Below are positions 1-12,670 of a stretch of 64,000 bases of DNA, one piece after another. Source of the stretch: Eledone cirrhosa. Taxonomy: Eukaryota. Below the pieces are notes generated by a model. That model did no database searches and had not been told where the DNA came from. It saw only the letters and a program-made list of their open reading frames with translations. Location of the stretch: positions 360,592,001 through 360,656,000 of the forward strand of contig OZ024740.1 of assembly GCA_964016885.1 (NCBI GenBank), in the 5' to 3' direction. Every line of letters begins with the position of its first letter. Position 1 is the first letter of the stretch. The position numbers were made by a program, and so were the translations under genes.

Positions 1-472
<472 letters not shown>

Positions 473-666
473 TAGATAATTTAATATATCTACTAACATA
501 AGCGCACAGATGTACGCTAATGCCAGCAAATACACAGGTTATGTCATAGTACCTAGGTGGTTCAATGCAGGAGAATGCAGAACAATAATATAAAAGACGT
601 AAAATAAGAAAATTTCTTTAAAAAAATTTTTTTTTTTTTAAATTAGCTTACTTAGTTAAATTTTCA

Positions 667-746
667 CTCCAACTAATTAGTTTCTGCAATGGGATAAAGA
701 CAGTTACGTAATGAACTGTTGAGAATTTCATTGCGTCATCAGGGAG
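667..746 (-). ncRNA. Type I hammerhead ribozyme
   Basis: Minus strand: CUCC-CUGAUGA-C-GCAAUG...CAUUGC-A-GAAA-CUAAUUAG-UU-GGAG; stem I CUCC/GGAG, palindromic stem III, GUU triplet. Confidence 0.75.
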
Positions 747-1227
747 GTCATTCTCAGCCGAGTCTCCAGGCAATGCGCGGACACTGGGGACTCATATAAA
801 AATAATAATAATTCGGTAACTGGAACAGCTATCGAGGACTGGATTCCAGCCACTGAAAATTCTCACTGCCACTGATCATATGGCCGATTCTAAAGAATCA
901 ATCACGTGACACAGAGGCTAGTCAGTAGGAATGGGATGGTAAGATGACAGACGCCTACTAACACCCCCAAAAAAGAAATTTAGAAGTGGTTTTGGCAGGT
1001 TTGCTCGACAAATCAGTGATTTGGAGATAAATATAGATAATTTAATATATCTACTAACATAAGCGCACAGATGTACGCTAATGCCAGCAAATACACAGGT
1101 TATGTCATAGTACCTAGGTGGTTCAATGCAGGAGAATGCAGAACAATAATATAAAAGACGTAAAATAAGAAAATTTCTTTAAAAAATTTTTTTTTTTTTT
1201 AAATTAGCTTACTTAGTTAAATTTTCA

Positions 1228-1307
1228 CTCCAACTAATTAGTTTCTGCAATGGGATAAAGACAGTTACGTAATGAACTGTTGAGAATTTCATTGCGTTAT
1301 CAGGGAG
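1228..1307 (-). ncRNA. Hammerhead copy with core mutation (CUGAUAA)
   Basis: Matches 667-746 except for G>A in the CUGAUGA box. Confidence 0.6.
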
Positions 1308-1363
1308 GTCATTCTCAGCCGAGTCTCCAGGCAATGCGCGGACACTGGGGACTCAATGAAATT

Positions 1364-1439
1364 CTGATGACGCAATGAAATTCTCAACAGTTCATTACGT
1401 AACTGTCTTTATCCCATTGCAGAAACTAATTAGTTGGAG
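1364..1439 (+). ncRNA. Inverted hammerhead copy lacking the 5' strand of stem I
   Basis: CTGATGA at 1364, GAAA-CTAATTAG-TT-GGAG ending at 1439; upstream bases are not CTCC. Confidence 0.55.
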
Positions 1440-1506
1440 TGAAAATTTAAGTAAGTAAGCTAATTTTAAAAAAGAAATTTTTTTTAAGAAATTTTCTTAT
1501 TTTACG

Positions 1507-1548
<42 letters not shown>

Positions 1549-1554
1549 ATATAT

Positions 1555-1655
1555 ATGGGCCCAGCACTATGTGTCAATAATTGTCACAAGTGTAATGTTT
1601 GTACCAGAGTTTTCAAGTCGTTGGCTGGACTAAAAGGTCACACTCGTTCAGCGCA
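1555..1655 (+). mobile_element. LINE C-terminal C2H2 zinc-finger fragment
   Basis: Encodes [22 protein letters not shown] between TA arrays. Confidence 0.5.
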
Positions 1656-1689
1656 TATATATATATATATATATGTATGTATATATATG

Positions 1690-1720
<31 letters not shown>

Positions 1721-1857
1721 ATATATATATATATATGTATGTATGTGTATATATATATATGTATGTATATATATATATATATGTATTTATATATATATAT
1801 ATATATGTATGTATATATATATATATATATGTATTTATATATATATATATATGTATT

Positions 1858-1904
<47 letters not shown>

Positions 1905-1929
1905 ATATATGTATATATACATATATATA

Positions 1930-2178
1930 GTGACATATAAAAGTGACACAGAGGAGACTGAGGTTAGCTGGACATGCTCACCGACATCCAGAGTTGACAT
2001 TGCACTCAGTTCTCCTGTGGGAGCCCCTACATGGACACACTGGAAGAGGAAGACCAAGGTTGATGCCCTAAGGACAGACACTGGTCTGTTGGAGATGCAG
2101 GACATGGCAGCGATAATGAGGGGCAGAGACCGCTGGAGAGAACTCGTCCATGGATCTCGGGAATTTTACCCGCCCTAG
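1930..2178 (+). mobile_element. RTE/RTEX-like LINE 3' fragment
   Basis: [31 protein letters not shown] then RDRWRELV in a shifted frame. Confidence 0.65.
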
Positions 2179-2189
2179 ATAGATATATA

Positions 2190-2746
2190 TTTCGTTTCTG
2201 AATTTGTTTAACAAAATTCTGTATCTGAAAACGTGTGTTGAAACCGATATTGTTATGCTTTGGGAGGGTCATGTTGCCAATAAGAAACACACACACCAGT
2301 TGCTTTCACTTCAATTTATTATAAATTTAGGAATTTATAAATTTCTGGTTGGTTGGTTTGGTTGGTTCCACAACCAGACGATTGTTCATATATTGTTAAA
2401 GTTCTTTCGTCACACATTCTATGACCTCTTCAGTGACTGGGGATTATTTTCTTTGTTTTTTTTTGTGCCTCTCTTTTGTTCTGTCCTATGCCATCTTGTT
2501 TGGTGTAAGGCGTAGGACAGAACAAAGGAGAAGCACAAAAAAAAAACAAAGAAAATAATCCCCAGTCACTGAAGAGGTCACAGAATGTGTGACGAAAGAA
2601 CTTTGACAATATATAAATAACCATCTGGTTGTGGAACCAACCAACCAGCCGGAAAATTATAAATTTAATTTATAATAAATTGAAGTGAAAGCAACTGGTG
2701 CGTGTGTTTCTTATTGGCAACATGAACCTCCCAAAGCATAACAATA
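2190..2746. mobile_element. Palindromic hammerhead-bearing PLE-type element
   Basis: Arms ~2248-2492 and ~2509-2746 are diverged inverted repeats, each with a hammerhead core; ends in CCTCCCAAAGCATAACAATA-(TA)n. Confidence 0.7.
2565..2607 (+). ncRNA. Minimal type I hammerhead-like motif (mirror copy 2395-2437 on minus)
   Basis: GUCA-CUGAAGA-G-GUCACA-GAAUG-UGUGAC-GAAA-GAAC-UU-UGAC. Confidence 0.6.
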
Positions 2747-2886
2747 TGTATATATATATATATATGTATGTATATATATATGTATGTATATATATATGTA
2801 TGTATATATATATATATGTATGTATATATATATATATGTATATATATATGTATGTATATATATATGTATGTATATATATATGTATG

Positions 2887-2919
<33 letters not shown>

Positions 2920-3032
2920 GTATGTATGTATATATATATGTATATATATATGTATGTATATATATGTATATGTATATATGTATATATATGTATGTATATA
3001 TATATGTATGTATATATATGTATATATATATG

Positions 3033-3075
<43 letters not shown>

Positions 3076-3596
3076 ATATATATATATATTTATATATCTA
3101 TGTGTGTATATATATATATTTATATATGTATGTGTGTATATATATATATTTATATATGTATGTGTGTATATATATATTTATATATGTATGTGCATATATA
3201 TATATTTATATATGTATGTGTGTATATATATATTTATATATGTATGTGTGTATATATATATATTTATATATGTATGTGTGTATATATATATTTATATATG
3301 TATGTGTGTATATATATATTTATATATGTATGTGTGTATATATATATTTATATATGTATGTGTATATATATGTATATATATATATTTATATATGTATGTG
3401 TATATATATATGTATATATATTTATATATGTATGTGTATTTATATATGTATGTGTATATATATATGTATATATATATACATTTATATATGTATGTGTATA
3501 TATATATATGTATATGTATATGTATATGTGTATATGTATATATATATATATGTATATGTGTATATGTATATATATATATATGTATATGTGTATATG

Positions 3597-3634
<38 letters not shown>

Positions 3635-3645
3635 TATAAATATAC
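2747..3645. repeat. (TA)/(TATG)/(TGTG) compound microsatellite
   Basis: Visible low-complexity array. Confidence 0.95.
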
Positions 3646-3678
3646 ACGAGTGTGTATGATTGTGTATAGAAGATTATA

Positions 3679-3972
3679 TTAATAAAAGGAATTCCAACTT
3701 AGTCTGATTTACTTGTTTTATTTACAATCCTTTAAAATTTATAATGGTATTAGAACGAAATAGTATGGTAGAATATAAAATGTTAAGTGTTAATTGAACA
3801 AGTACTTTCATGCTTTCGCAATCTTCAGGTCATATTGTGTGGTGACAGTCAAGTTTGCAATTTTCAACATTTAATATTCTACCATACTATTTCCTTCTAA
3901 TACCATTATAAATTTTAACGGATTGTAAATAAAACGAGTAAATCAGACAAAGTTGAAATTTCTTTTATCAAT
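3679..3972. mobile_element. Inverted-repeat element (~105-bp arms) with a hammerhead in the spacer
   Basis: ~3679-3785 is the reverse complement of ~3866-3972 with mismatches; TA arrays on both sides. Confidence 0.7.
3795..3832 (-). ncRNA. Minimal type I hammerhead ribozyme
   Basis: UGAC-CUGAAGA-U-UGC-GAAA-GCA-U-GAAA-GUAC-UU-GUUCA; GNRA-capped stem II, palindromic GUAC stem III. Confidence 0.65.
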
Positions 3973-4029
3973 ATATATATGTATATATATATATTTATAT
4001 ATATGTATATATATATTTTTATATATATG

Positions 4030-4061
<32 letters not shown>

Positions 4062-4073
4062 TTTATTTATATG

Positions 4074-4136
<63 letters not shown>

Positions 4137-4138
<2 letters not shown>

Positions 4139-4478
4139 AGGCACATGGCTTAGTGGTTAGAGCATTGGCCTTGCAATCGAAAGGTTGTTAGTTCAATTCT
4201 CAGACCGGGTGATGTGTTGTTTCCTTGAGCAAGACACTTTATTTCACATTGCTCCAGTTTACTCAGCTGTAGAAATGAGATGATAGGGACTGGTGTCCAT
4301 ATTCCACTGCAAAGTGGTCGTGTAGGCGCCACGGAAAGAAAGCACCCAGCACTCACTGTAAATGAGGTTGGTGTTAGGAAGGGCATCCAGCTGTAGAAAT
4401 CAAGCCAGAATCAGTTCCCGTCCCACCCTTGCAAGCAGGGAAAAAGCGGACGTAAAATGAAATGATGATGATGATGAT
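4137..4478 (+). mobile_element. tRNA-derived SINE (Meta-type core) with RTE-derived 3' tail
   Basis: A box TGGCTTAGTGG, B box GTTCAATTC, core CCTTGAGCAAGACACTT, RTE-like tail ending (ATG)n; copies at ~33831, ~34450, ~46975. Confidence 0.8.
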
Positions 4479-4622
4479 GATATATTTATATATATATGTA
4501 TATATATATATTTATATATGTATATGTATATATATGTGTGTATATGTATATATATGTGTATATGTATATATATATATATTTATATATGTGTATATATGTA
4601 TATATATATATATATATATATG

Positions 4623-4689
<67 letters not shown>

Positions 4690-4910
4690 GTGTGTATATA
4701 TATATATATGTGTATATGTGTATATATATGTATATATTTGTATATGTGTATATATATATATGTGTGTATATGTATATATGTGTGTATATGTATATATATT
4801 TGTATAGATATGTATATATATATATGTATATGTGTATATATATGTGTATGTGTATATGTATATATATGTGTATGTGTATATGTATGTGTATATGTGTATA
4901 TGTATATATA

Positions 4911-4958
<48 letters not shown>
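4479..4958. repeat. (TA)/(TATG) microsatellite
   Basis: Low-complexity array. Confidence 0.95.
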
Positions 4959-4960
<2 letters not shown>

Positions 4961-5092
4961 TACGTTATTCCGGGTTGATTCGGAGGTAACCACAGTGAGT
5001 AAGGTACTCAATACATTGCAGAGTATAAAAGTTTTAATATAGATGAGATTCTACAGGACTAGAACTGTTTCATTCGTTAGAAATCATCAGGA

Positions 5093-5142
<50 letters not shown>

Positions 5143-6940
5143 ATATCATATATATATCATATATATATATCATATATATATATATATATATAATATATAT
5201 ATATATATGTATATGTACATATATATATATGGGATAACAAGTTATCGTTATAGGTAATCCAGTTAGAGGTTGTCAGTATTCTTCGTCGTGGGTAGTTTTA
5301 ACGTACGGCTTTGTTTAACTCAACAAGATGTTTCCATAGTTAGGCAGCGAGTTCGCGGTAATTCCTATGTAGATTATACTTGGAGTAATAATAGTGAAAG
5401 AATGAAGAGTAACATGGTTGGCTGTACAATAAGGGGTTTTATTTCAAGTACTGACAATTGTTTCGTTGATCAGGTGAGTCTAGAGGTCGCTAATCACTTG
5501 AAGTTGTGCCACTTGTTCTCCAATACATTATTTACCTCTGGTTAACACATCGGCTTCGGCAGACAAAGGTCGTTGCACTAATATCTTTTGTGATAAAGAT
5601 TTTGAAAGATTTGTTTAAGATGTTTTCTCTTTGGTAAATATTTGTGAGTGTGAGTGGAGGAGCTTAATTTATTTGAAATATTTGTTGATATACCTGAATT
5701 GGTAATTTTAGTAAAAGTAGAAATAGTAGTGGCAATAGTAACAGCTAAAGTAGTACCAGTAACAGCTACAGGGATAGTGTCTGTTGTATTTATATTGTTT
5801 ATGGAAGAGATGGGGATTGATTTTGTTAACTGCAGGACTCTGTTTATCTGAAGGATTGGAACAAATTGTTGAGTCGAAGGAAGAACGGAAGTTCTAAAAG
5901 TTGTCGATACACTACTGGTTACTGCCTCGGGAGAGGTATTTGGACTTTTCATATTTACACTGAAAATTTCTTTCCGCATTTTTGGAATGCTCCTTTTTTT
6001 TCCAACAAGTATTTCTTTGGTACTTTCATCTTTTATGATACATGTTTCATTTGCAGATGTGGTTGCAGTTGGATTACCTTGTGAATTGTATGTTATTGTT
6101 TATGCTGTTTATCAGATTTTTGAAATCATGTTTTCCTGCCATAGTATAAAGCAATTGTCTAGGTATCTTTTCCAATTGTTTTTGAGATGTGTAAGGAAAG
6201 AGTCTCCAAATAATAGAAGGAATTGGTTGTAGATTTGTTGTTCGTGGAATCCCATGATTAAGTTGGCGTATGTGGGGACTACCTTCGTACCCATTGCAGT
6301 ACCTGAGATTTATTGGTATGTTGAACCATTGAAAGTAAAATAATTATTCTGTAAGATAAATCGGAGTCCGTCAATAATAAAGTTTTTATTGATGTGTGTT
6401 GGTATTTCAGATTGGTGTGTGTTTAGCCAGTACTGGATTGCCGTTATTCCATAGTTGTGGAGTATGCTAATGTAAAGGTTTACTACATTAAAGGAGACAA
6501 GAATTGTGTCTTCACTTACTGTTTTAGGTAGGTGGTTCAGCATATCGTATGAAACTGTATATGTTTTAGGAAGGGCTTTAGTAGGATGTCCAGGAAGTTG
6601 CTAAGTCTGTGAGTTTCACACACAGGGCCTGCTATAATTGGTTTCAGTTTTATGTCTTCTGGTGGTGTAATTGTATGTATTTGAAGTGTCACAGGTGTCG
6701 TTTATGAGTTTACATTTGTGGATTTTTGGTAAGCCGTAAAAAGTACTTATTTTGTATTTGAAATAGCTTATGTATTCAAATTCTTTTGTGGTTAGGCTAT
6801 TGCGATATTTTTGTTGTAATTCTAGGAGATTCCGCATTGCTTTAGTTTGTTTGTAGTTTTCTGTTTTTTTGTAGTATTTGTTGTCGTCTAAGATTTTAAG
6901 TGCCAGGTCTCTTTAGTAGTCAGTATTTATGATGACTACA
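4959..6940 (-). mobile_element. Degenerate Penelope-like retroelement (RT fragments plus pLTR)
   Basis: FYGLPKIHK (6616-6837), LVSFNVVNLY..FILQNNYFTFNG (6310-6543), MGTKVVPTYANLIMG..WKRYLDNCF (6112-6294) are PLE RT motifs; broken by stops and frameshifts. Confidence 0.85.
5047..5095 (-). ncRNA. Type I hammerhead ribozyme in PLE 3' pLTR
   Basis: GAUUC-CUGAUGA-U-UUC-UAAC-GAA-U-GAAA-CAG-UUCUAGUC-CUG-UA-GAAUC; perfect 5-bp stem I, GUA triplet. Confidence 0.8.
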
Positions 6941-6948
6941 GTATATAT

Positions 6949-7285
6949 CAGTGGCGAAGGGTAACCTGGAAAGCAGGGCATGCAGTCCAATTGTCATGGC
7001 GGAGAGTAGGGCTATGCACACACCCCTCCCCAAATTCCCTCTAAATGACCCTCCCGGTCAACGCCGCATGTAGTGTTATCTATGTGTGTGTGTTATCTTT
7101 TTATGTGTCTACGATTTAGCAAGCAGCCAAAATTCTGCTTGCTTCAACCAACGCTGTCGTGTGTGTGTGTGTATGTGTGTTTTATGTGTCTACGATTTAG
7201 TAAGCAGCCAAAATTCTGCTTGCTTCAAACGACATAATTGATCAACTCAAGATTCTATAATGGATGCACGCACCCTTCACCCCTG
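6949..7285. mobile_element. hAT-type non-autonomous DNA transposon
   Basis: TIR CAGTGGCGAAGGGT / ACCCTTCACCCCTG; 8-bp TSD GTATATAT/GTATCTAT; internal ~50-bp repeat x2. Confidence 0.65.
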
Positions 7286-7300
7286 GTATCTATATATATA

Positions 7301-7431
7301 TAGGTATATGTGAAAAAAGGAAAAGAATGACTTCACTTGCAGTTCTAAATAATTTAATTTTATAATATTATAAAATTAAATTGTTTAGAACTGCAAGTGA
7401 AGTCATTCTTTTCCTTTTTTCACATATACCT
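7301..7431. repeat. Near-perfect palindrome (~65-bp arms, no spacer)
   Basis: TAGGTATATGTGAAAAAAGG...CCTTTTTTCACATATACCTA centred near 7366. Confidence 0.9.
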
Positions 7432-7473
7432 AACTGTACCAAGGATTTCACACATTTTCCAATATGTGTATAT

Positions 7474-7539
<66 letters not shown>

Positions 7540-7689
7540 TTGTGTGTGTGTGTGTATATACACACACACATATATAGACAGATAGATAGATGTGTACTCT
7601 TTTGTTAGCTTTGTGATGAAAACTTAAGGTCTATACAACAATCATGTTTGGAAACAAACAAAAATTAAACAAAAGTAATGTGTTTGAAT

Positions 7690-7720
7690 ATGTATGTATG
7701 TATATATAAGTATATGTATG

Positions 7721-7779
<59 letters not shown>

Positions 7780-7820
7780 GTATATATATATATATGTATG
7801 TATATATATATATATGTATG

Positions 7821-7883
<63 letters not shown>

Positions 7884-7938
7884 GTATATATATATATATG
7901 TATGTATGTATGTATATATATATATGTATGTATGTATG

Positions 7939-7971
<33 letters not shown>

Positions 7972-8017
7972 TTTGTTTCTGAATTTATTGGCAACATGAT
8001 CCTCCCTAAGTATAACA

Positions 8018-8052
<35 letters not shown>

Positions 8053-8057
8053 TGTAT

Positions 8058-8090
<33 letters not shown>

Positions 8091-8435
8091 CATATATATG
8101 TATATATATATATATATGTATGTACATATATATGTATATATATATATATATGTATGTACATATATATGTATATGTATATGTATGTATATATATATATATG
8201 TATGTATATGTATGTATATATATATGTATGTATATATATATGTATATGTATGTATATATATATGTATATATATTTATGTATGTATATGTATGTATATATA
8301 TATATGTATATGTATGTATATATATATATATGTATATGTATGCATATATATGTATATGTATATATATGTATATGTATGTATATATGTATATGTATATATA
8401 TATGTATGTATGTATATATGTATATATATATGTAT

Positions 8436-8473
<38 letters not shown>

Positions 8474-8769
8474 GTATATATATATATGTATATATATATA
8501 TACATATGTATATATATATGTATATATATATATGTATATATATATATGTATATATATATGTATATATATATATGTATATATATATATACATATGTATATA
8601 TATATGTATATATATATGTATATATAGATATGTATATGTATATATATATATGTATATATATATATGTATATGTATATATATGTATATATATGTATATGTA
8701 TATATATATGTATATATAGATATGTATATGTATATATATATATATGTATATATATATACACACATTTAA

Positions 8770-8802
<33 letters not shown>

Positions 8803-8840
8803 CACACATTTAAGTATATGTATGTATATATATATAATAT
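7690..8840. repeat. (TA)/(TATG) microsatellite containing a 50-bp PLE terminus at 7971-8020
   Basis: Low-complexity array; insert matches the 2706-2746 terminus. Confidence 0.9.
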
Positions 8841-9562
8841 GTGTGTGTGTTCTGTTTATTTCATTTTTTCATTCAATAAACTATCAATATTCCTAATCTA
8901 TGTTTTTCTTCTTTATGTTCCTTGACTTATACCAGTCATTAGACTGCGACCATGCAGGAGCACGGCCTTGAAAGGGTTTAGCTGATCTTATCAACTCCAC
9001 TAATCAACCTCCTTACTATATTTTACACACTCTTACAGTCTACGCCTAACAATCTTCTACACACACTCTGCTATCTTGTATACACAGCTATACTCTGTTC
9101 AATCAACGGAACTATATTTCAGCCAAGCCCCCTTATCAATGACAACCAATTAAAATACAGAAAACCTCTGAATTACCTGTTCTATTACAACTACGTAGAT
9201 AACAAGAAAGAGCATTTACTTGGTAACAAGAGAGAGCATTTACTTGGTTGCCCAACTTGCTAGAAATAGCAACCAAATCTATTTCAAATTACATCTTAGA
9301 AAAGACACTTAGGATATTGTGGGTCTGAGTTCTCTGTACATGGGATTGTCATATCTGGAGTAATTTTGATCATAGGTCTGCTCAATCAAGATTAACCTGT
9401 GGCTAAACAATAACCACCTCGTTTAACAAGAAATATATAAGCAGGATTTATCCAGTCATATATGGTTAACCAACCAGATATCTCAGTTTTGTATTTTCCT
9501 TTATGACGTATATTTTGTTGTATTATTTAATATACAAAACGGTGGTGGATTGGCAGTAAATG

Positions 9563-9752
9563 ATGGTGGATTGGCAGTATCGGTAGAGGGTCGGACGCCA
9601 TGCTTTCCAGCATAGTTACGTCCCTTTACGATCTGAGTTCAAATCCCGCCGAGGTTGACTTTGCCTTTCATCCTTACGGGGTCGATAAAATAAAGTACCA
9701 GTAATGCACTGGGTAATTGATGGCCTTGTGCCTAAAGTAGAAACAATTATTT
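9563..9752 (+). mobile_element. tRNA-derived SINE with Nin-like core
   Basis: GAGTTCAAATCCC B box; GCCTTTCATCCTTACGGGGTCGATAAAATAAAGTACCAG core; many copies in window. Confidence 0.8.
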
Positions 9753-11149
9753 AATATACAAAATATGCCTGTGTTTAAGGAAGGGTATATTGTATAAATT
9801 GAGAAAAACAAAAACTTCCCAAAAATAGGATGTTCATGGCTATGTAGCCTTAGATTAAATAACAACTTTTAGAGTTCATCATCATCATCGTTTTTACGTC
9901 CACTTTCCGTGCTTGCATGGGTTGGACGAGTCCTTCTTGGTACAATCTAACCTTTTGTGACATGGACTTTAGCCACTTGATTGCCTGCTAATCAGGTATC
10001 ATACAAGCCAAATAGACTTCATTCTCACTAGAAAACAAGATAGGTGAATGGTTGTAAATGCCAAGTTCTTCTCTGGAGAAGAATGTACCTCCTGAAATAG
10101 ATTAGTTGTCAGTGACATTAGAGTAAGTGTAGACAGATTAAGAGACAAAAGTCAGTCTGGAGAAAGAAGACATGGAAGCTGAGAGAACCCTCTGTGATCA
10201 ACAAATTATGAGAAATCCTACTCGATACTTATGACAGTATGAAAGAGGACATGGAGACCTATCAATCCAGAGCCTTCTCACTCCTGTTAGATGAACCCCT
10301 CCCTGGTGGACCTCCACTGTTTTCTGTTTGGTTTTGTTCATGTCTTCAGGGCTGTACCTGAACTCACTATGTTTGGTCATTTAGCAGGTGAAGGATATAA
10401 TTAATAATGCCACGAGTAACCACCTTAGCAGAAAGATAGGATAGCAATATCGACAACGAGTAACATAATAATGATGTCAGCATCAGAAATAAGAGATGAA
10501 ATGTATGTTTATTTGTTGTAGCACAAAGTAATGTTTGTTTAATTGGACAGTCAAAGTTAAACATAAAAGGGTTATAAAAGGAATGCGGCATCGTGCCAGG
10601 CTCAAGGAAGGCCAACAGGCCAAAGTTCAAATCTCACCGTTACATATTGTTTGCGTTCATCCTTCAGAGTTCAAGCAACAAGAGAGCGAGATTTCTGAGC
10701 TGACGCGGCAATTTTTCCTGCAGGGCGTGTAGAGATACATTCTCCTCCACTGGCGGCGATTGGCTGAGCAGAGCCAAATAATGCACAGAGAATGTATCTA
10801 TGAGCCCAAGAAACGTAGGTCACTACAGCCAATTATGTGTTGGTGAGGCTATTTAACTCATAGTTGGGGTGGATAGCTGTTGACTCTGAGGAGTTCATCC
10901 ACCCTTTTACCAGCTCTTATTTTTTGTGCTGCTGGGGTTCCATTTACCCTCCTCAAGAGACCGGGATCTAGTGGGGGAACTGATTTAATTGCCAAGCACA
11001 CAACCATAAAGCAAGTTGTATTGGGTGGGTTATGTGGTACCAGGACCTAGGTATGGAGACCTATAACACATAGAAAAATTGAAAATTTCTACAAGATGAT
11101 TGTCTTGTAGAAAGCCATAGACTAGGTCTGTACTTGGAACAAGATCCTG

Positions 11150-12003
11150 GCTTGATGGGGTGTGATGCAGTGGGGGAATGATAAGGTACATAGAGCCTTA
11201 AAAATCAAAAGGACAAGCCCCAAAAAACTGGAGGAAACAGCAATACCAGATAGCTAGAAGTGAGCCCAAGTGCCAGGTATACCTAGCAAGGAAAGAAGCT
11301 GAAAAGAAGTTTGCAAATGTTCTAGATCATGAAGATTGGAGGCATGATGTGTTCAATATTGCGATACAGTGTGTTAGAGATAATGATGACATAGTTAGGG
11401 AAAAGTGTGTCTAAAATTATAGTGGAGCACTTGCTCTCTCTGATGATGAATAGACAGAGGCATGGAAGACTTACCACAAGAGATGGCAGAATGAAAGGAA
11501 TAATTGGGACAATGCGGGTATATCACAACTAAAGGACCAGTCATAAAAGTTGGCAGCAGTGTGATAGACAAAGCAATTAAGAACATGAAAGTAAGGGAGG
11601 TAGCTGGACTATCGGATATAGCTCCTGAGATGCTAAAAGCATCTGGCATGGTGGGTTATGTGCTACTCAGACACATAATTCATTAAGTAACACAATGACT
11701 GGTGCAGCAATATCATTGTAAACTACTATAAGTAGAAAGGAGATACACTAAAGAGAGGTAAGTACTGAGACACCAGGTCATGAAAATTGGTAAAAGGATT
11801 ATAGCACAGCTAATTAGGGACAGTTCCAAGTTAGATGAGATGCAGCTTGGCTTTATGCCAGGTAAGAATATTACCAATGCCCTCTTTCTGGTGAGACAAC
11901 TGGAGAAATACTTAGCTAAGAGTAAGTCTCTGTAATCTGGTAGGCACTAAAGAAATTAGGTGTAGACAAATGGTTCTTGAGGGTTGTGCAAGCCATGTAT
12001 AGA
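11150..12003 (+). mobile_element. Highly degenerate RTE LINE fragment
   Basis: DKAIKNMK..EMLKASG, LDEMQLGF motifs homologous to the intact RTE. Confidence 0.75.
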
Positions 12004-12639
12004 TCAGATCTGATAATACAAGCTGCCAGATCAGATCCAATAATACAGGGAGTCTGATAGTTTTGATTAATACAAACATCAGATCAGATAATACAGCCAG
12101 TCTGATAGTTTAATTAATAATACAAGCAGCCAGTTCCAATTCCATATCAGACCAGATCAGATCAGATACGATATTATAGATAGTTTGATAGTGTTGACTG
12201 ATTATATAGACATCAGATCTGATAATACAGGCAGTCTGATAGTGTTGACTAATAATAGACATCAGATCAGATCCAATAATACAAGCAGCCAGATCAGATT
12301 CGATAATACCAGCAGTTTGATTAATAATGCAGACATCAGATCAAGTCTGATAATACAAGCAGCCACATTAGATCCTATTCCGGATCAAATCCAATGATAC
12401 AGGCAGACTGATTGTGTTGGTTAATAATACAGACGACAGATCATATCCGATAATACAGTCTGTCTCATAGTTTTGATTAATAATACAGCCACCAGATCAG
12501 ATCTGATGTCGGATTCAAGAGCCGAGCTAACCTAAGCCAAGCCAAGCTGGACTGAGCTAAGCTCAGCCAAAAAAACCTGGACAGAGTTGAGTCTGATAGT
12601 GTTGATAGTCTGATAGTGTTCATAGTCAGATAGTGTTGA

Positions 12640-12640
<1 letters not shown>
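12004..12640. repeat. Degenerate AGATC/GATAATACA minisatellite-like tract
   Basis: Recurrent CAGATCAGATC and TGATAGTGTTGA units. Confidence 0.65.

Positions 12641-12670
<30 letters not shown>

Larger units (their letters stand above)
473..1515 (-). mobile_element. Non-coding hammerhead-bearing element (PLE pLTR/retrozyme-like): tandem direct repeat plus inverted partial copy
   Basis: 473-794 repeated at ~1034-1355 (period 561); ~1363-1515 is the reverse complement of ~590-742; flanked by (TA)n on both sides. Confidence 0.75.

Noticed and set aside
4137-4210. tRNA-like sequence (also 33831 and the Nin SINE heads)
   Set aside because: SINE heads running into SINE bodies; no intact acceptor stem
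5448-5560. Possible hammerhead with a large stem II on the minus strand (GAAA-CAAUUG-UC)
   Set aside because: 5' core reads CCGAUGU and stem I does not pair; too degenerate to call
7605-7680. GTGATGA-AAAC..GTTT-GGAAA hammerhead-like motif
   Set aside because: No stem III or cleavage triplet; first core base wrong
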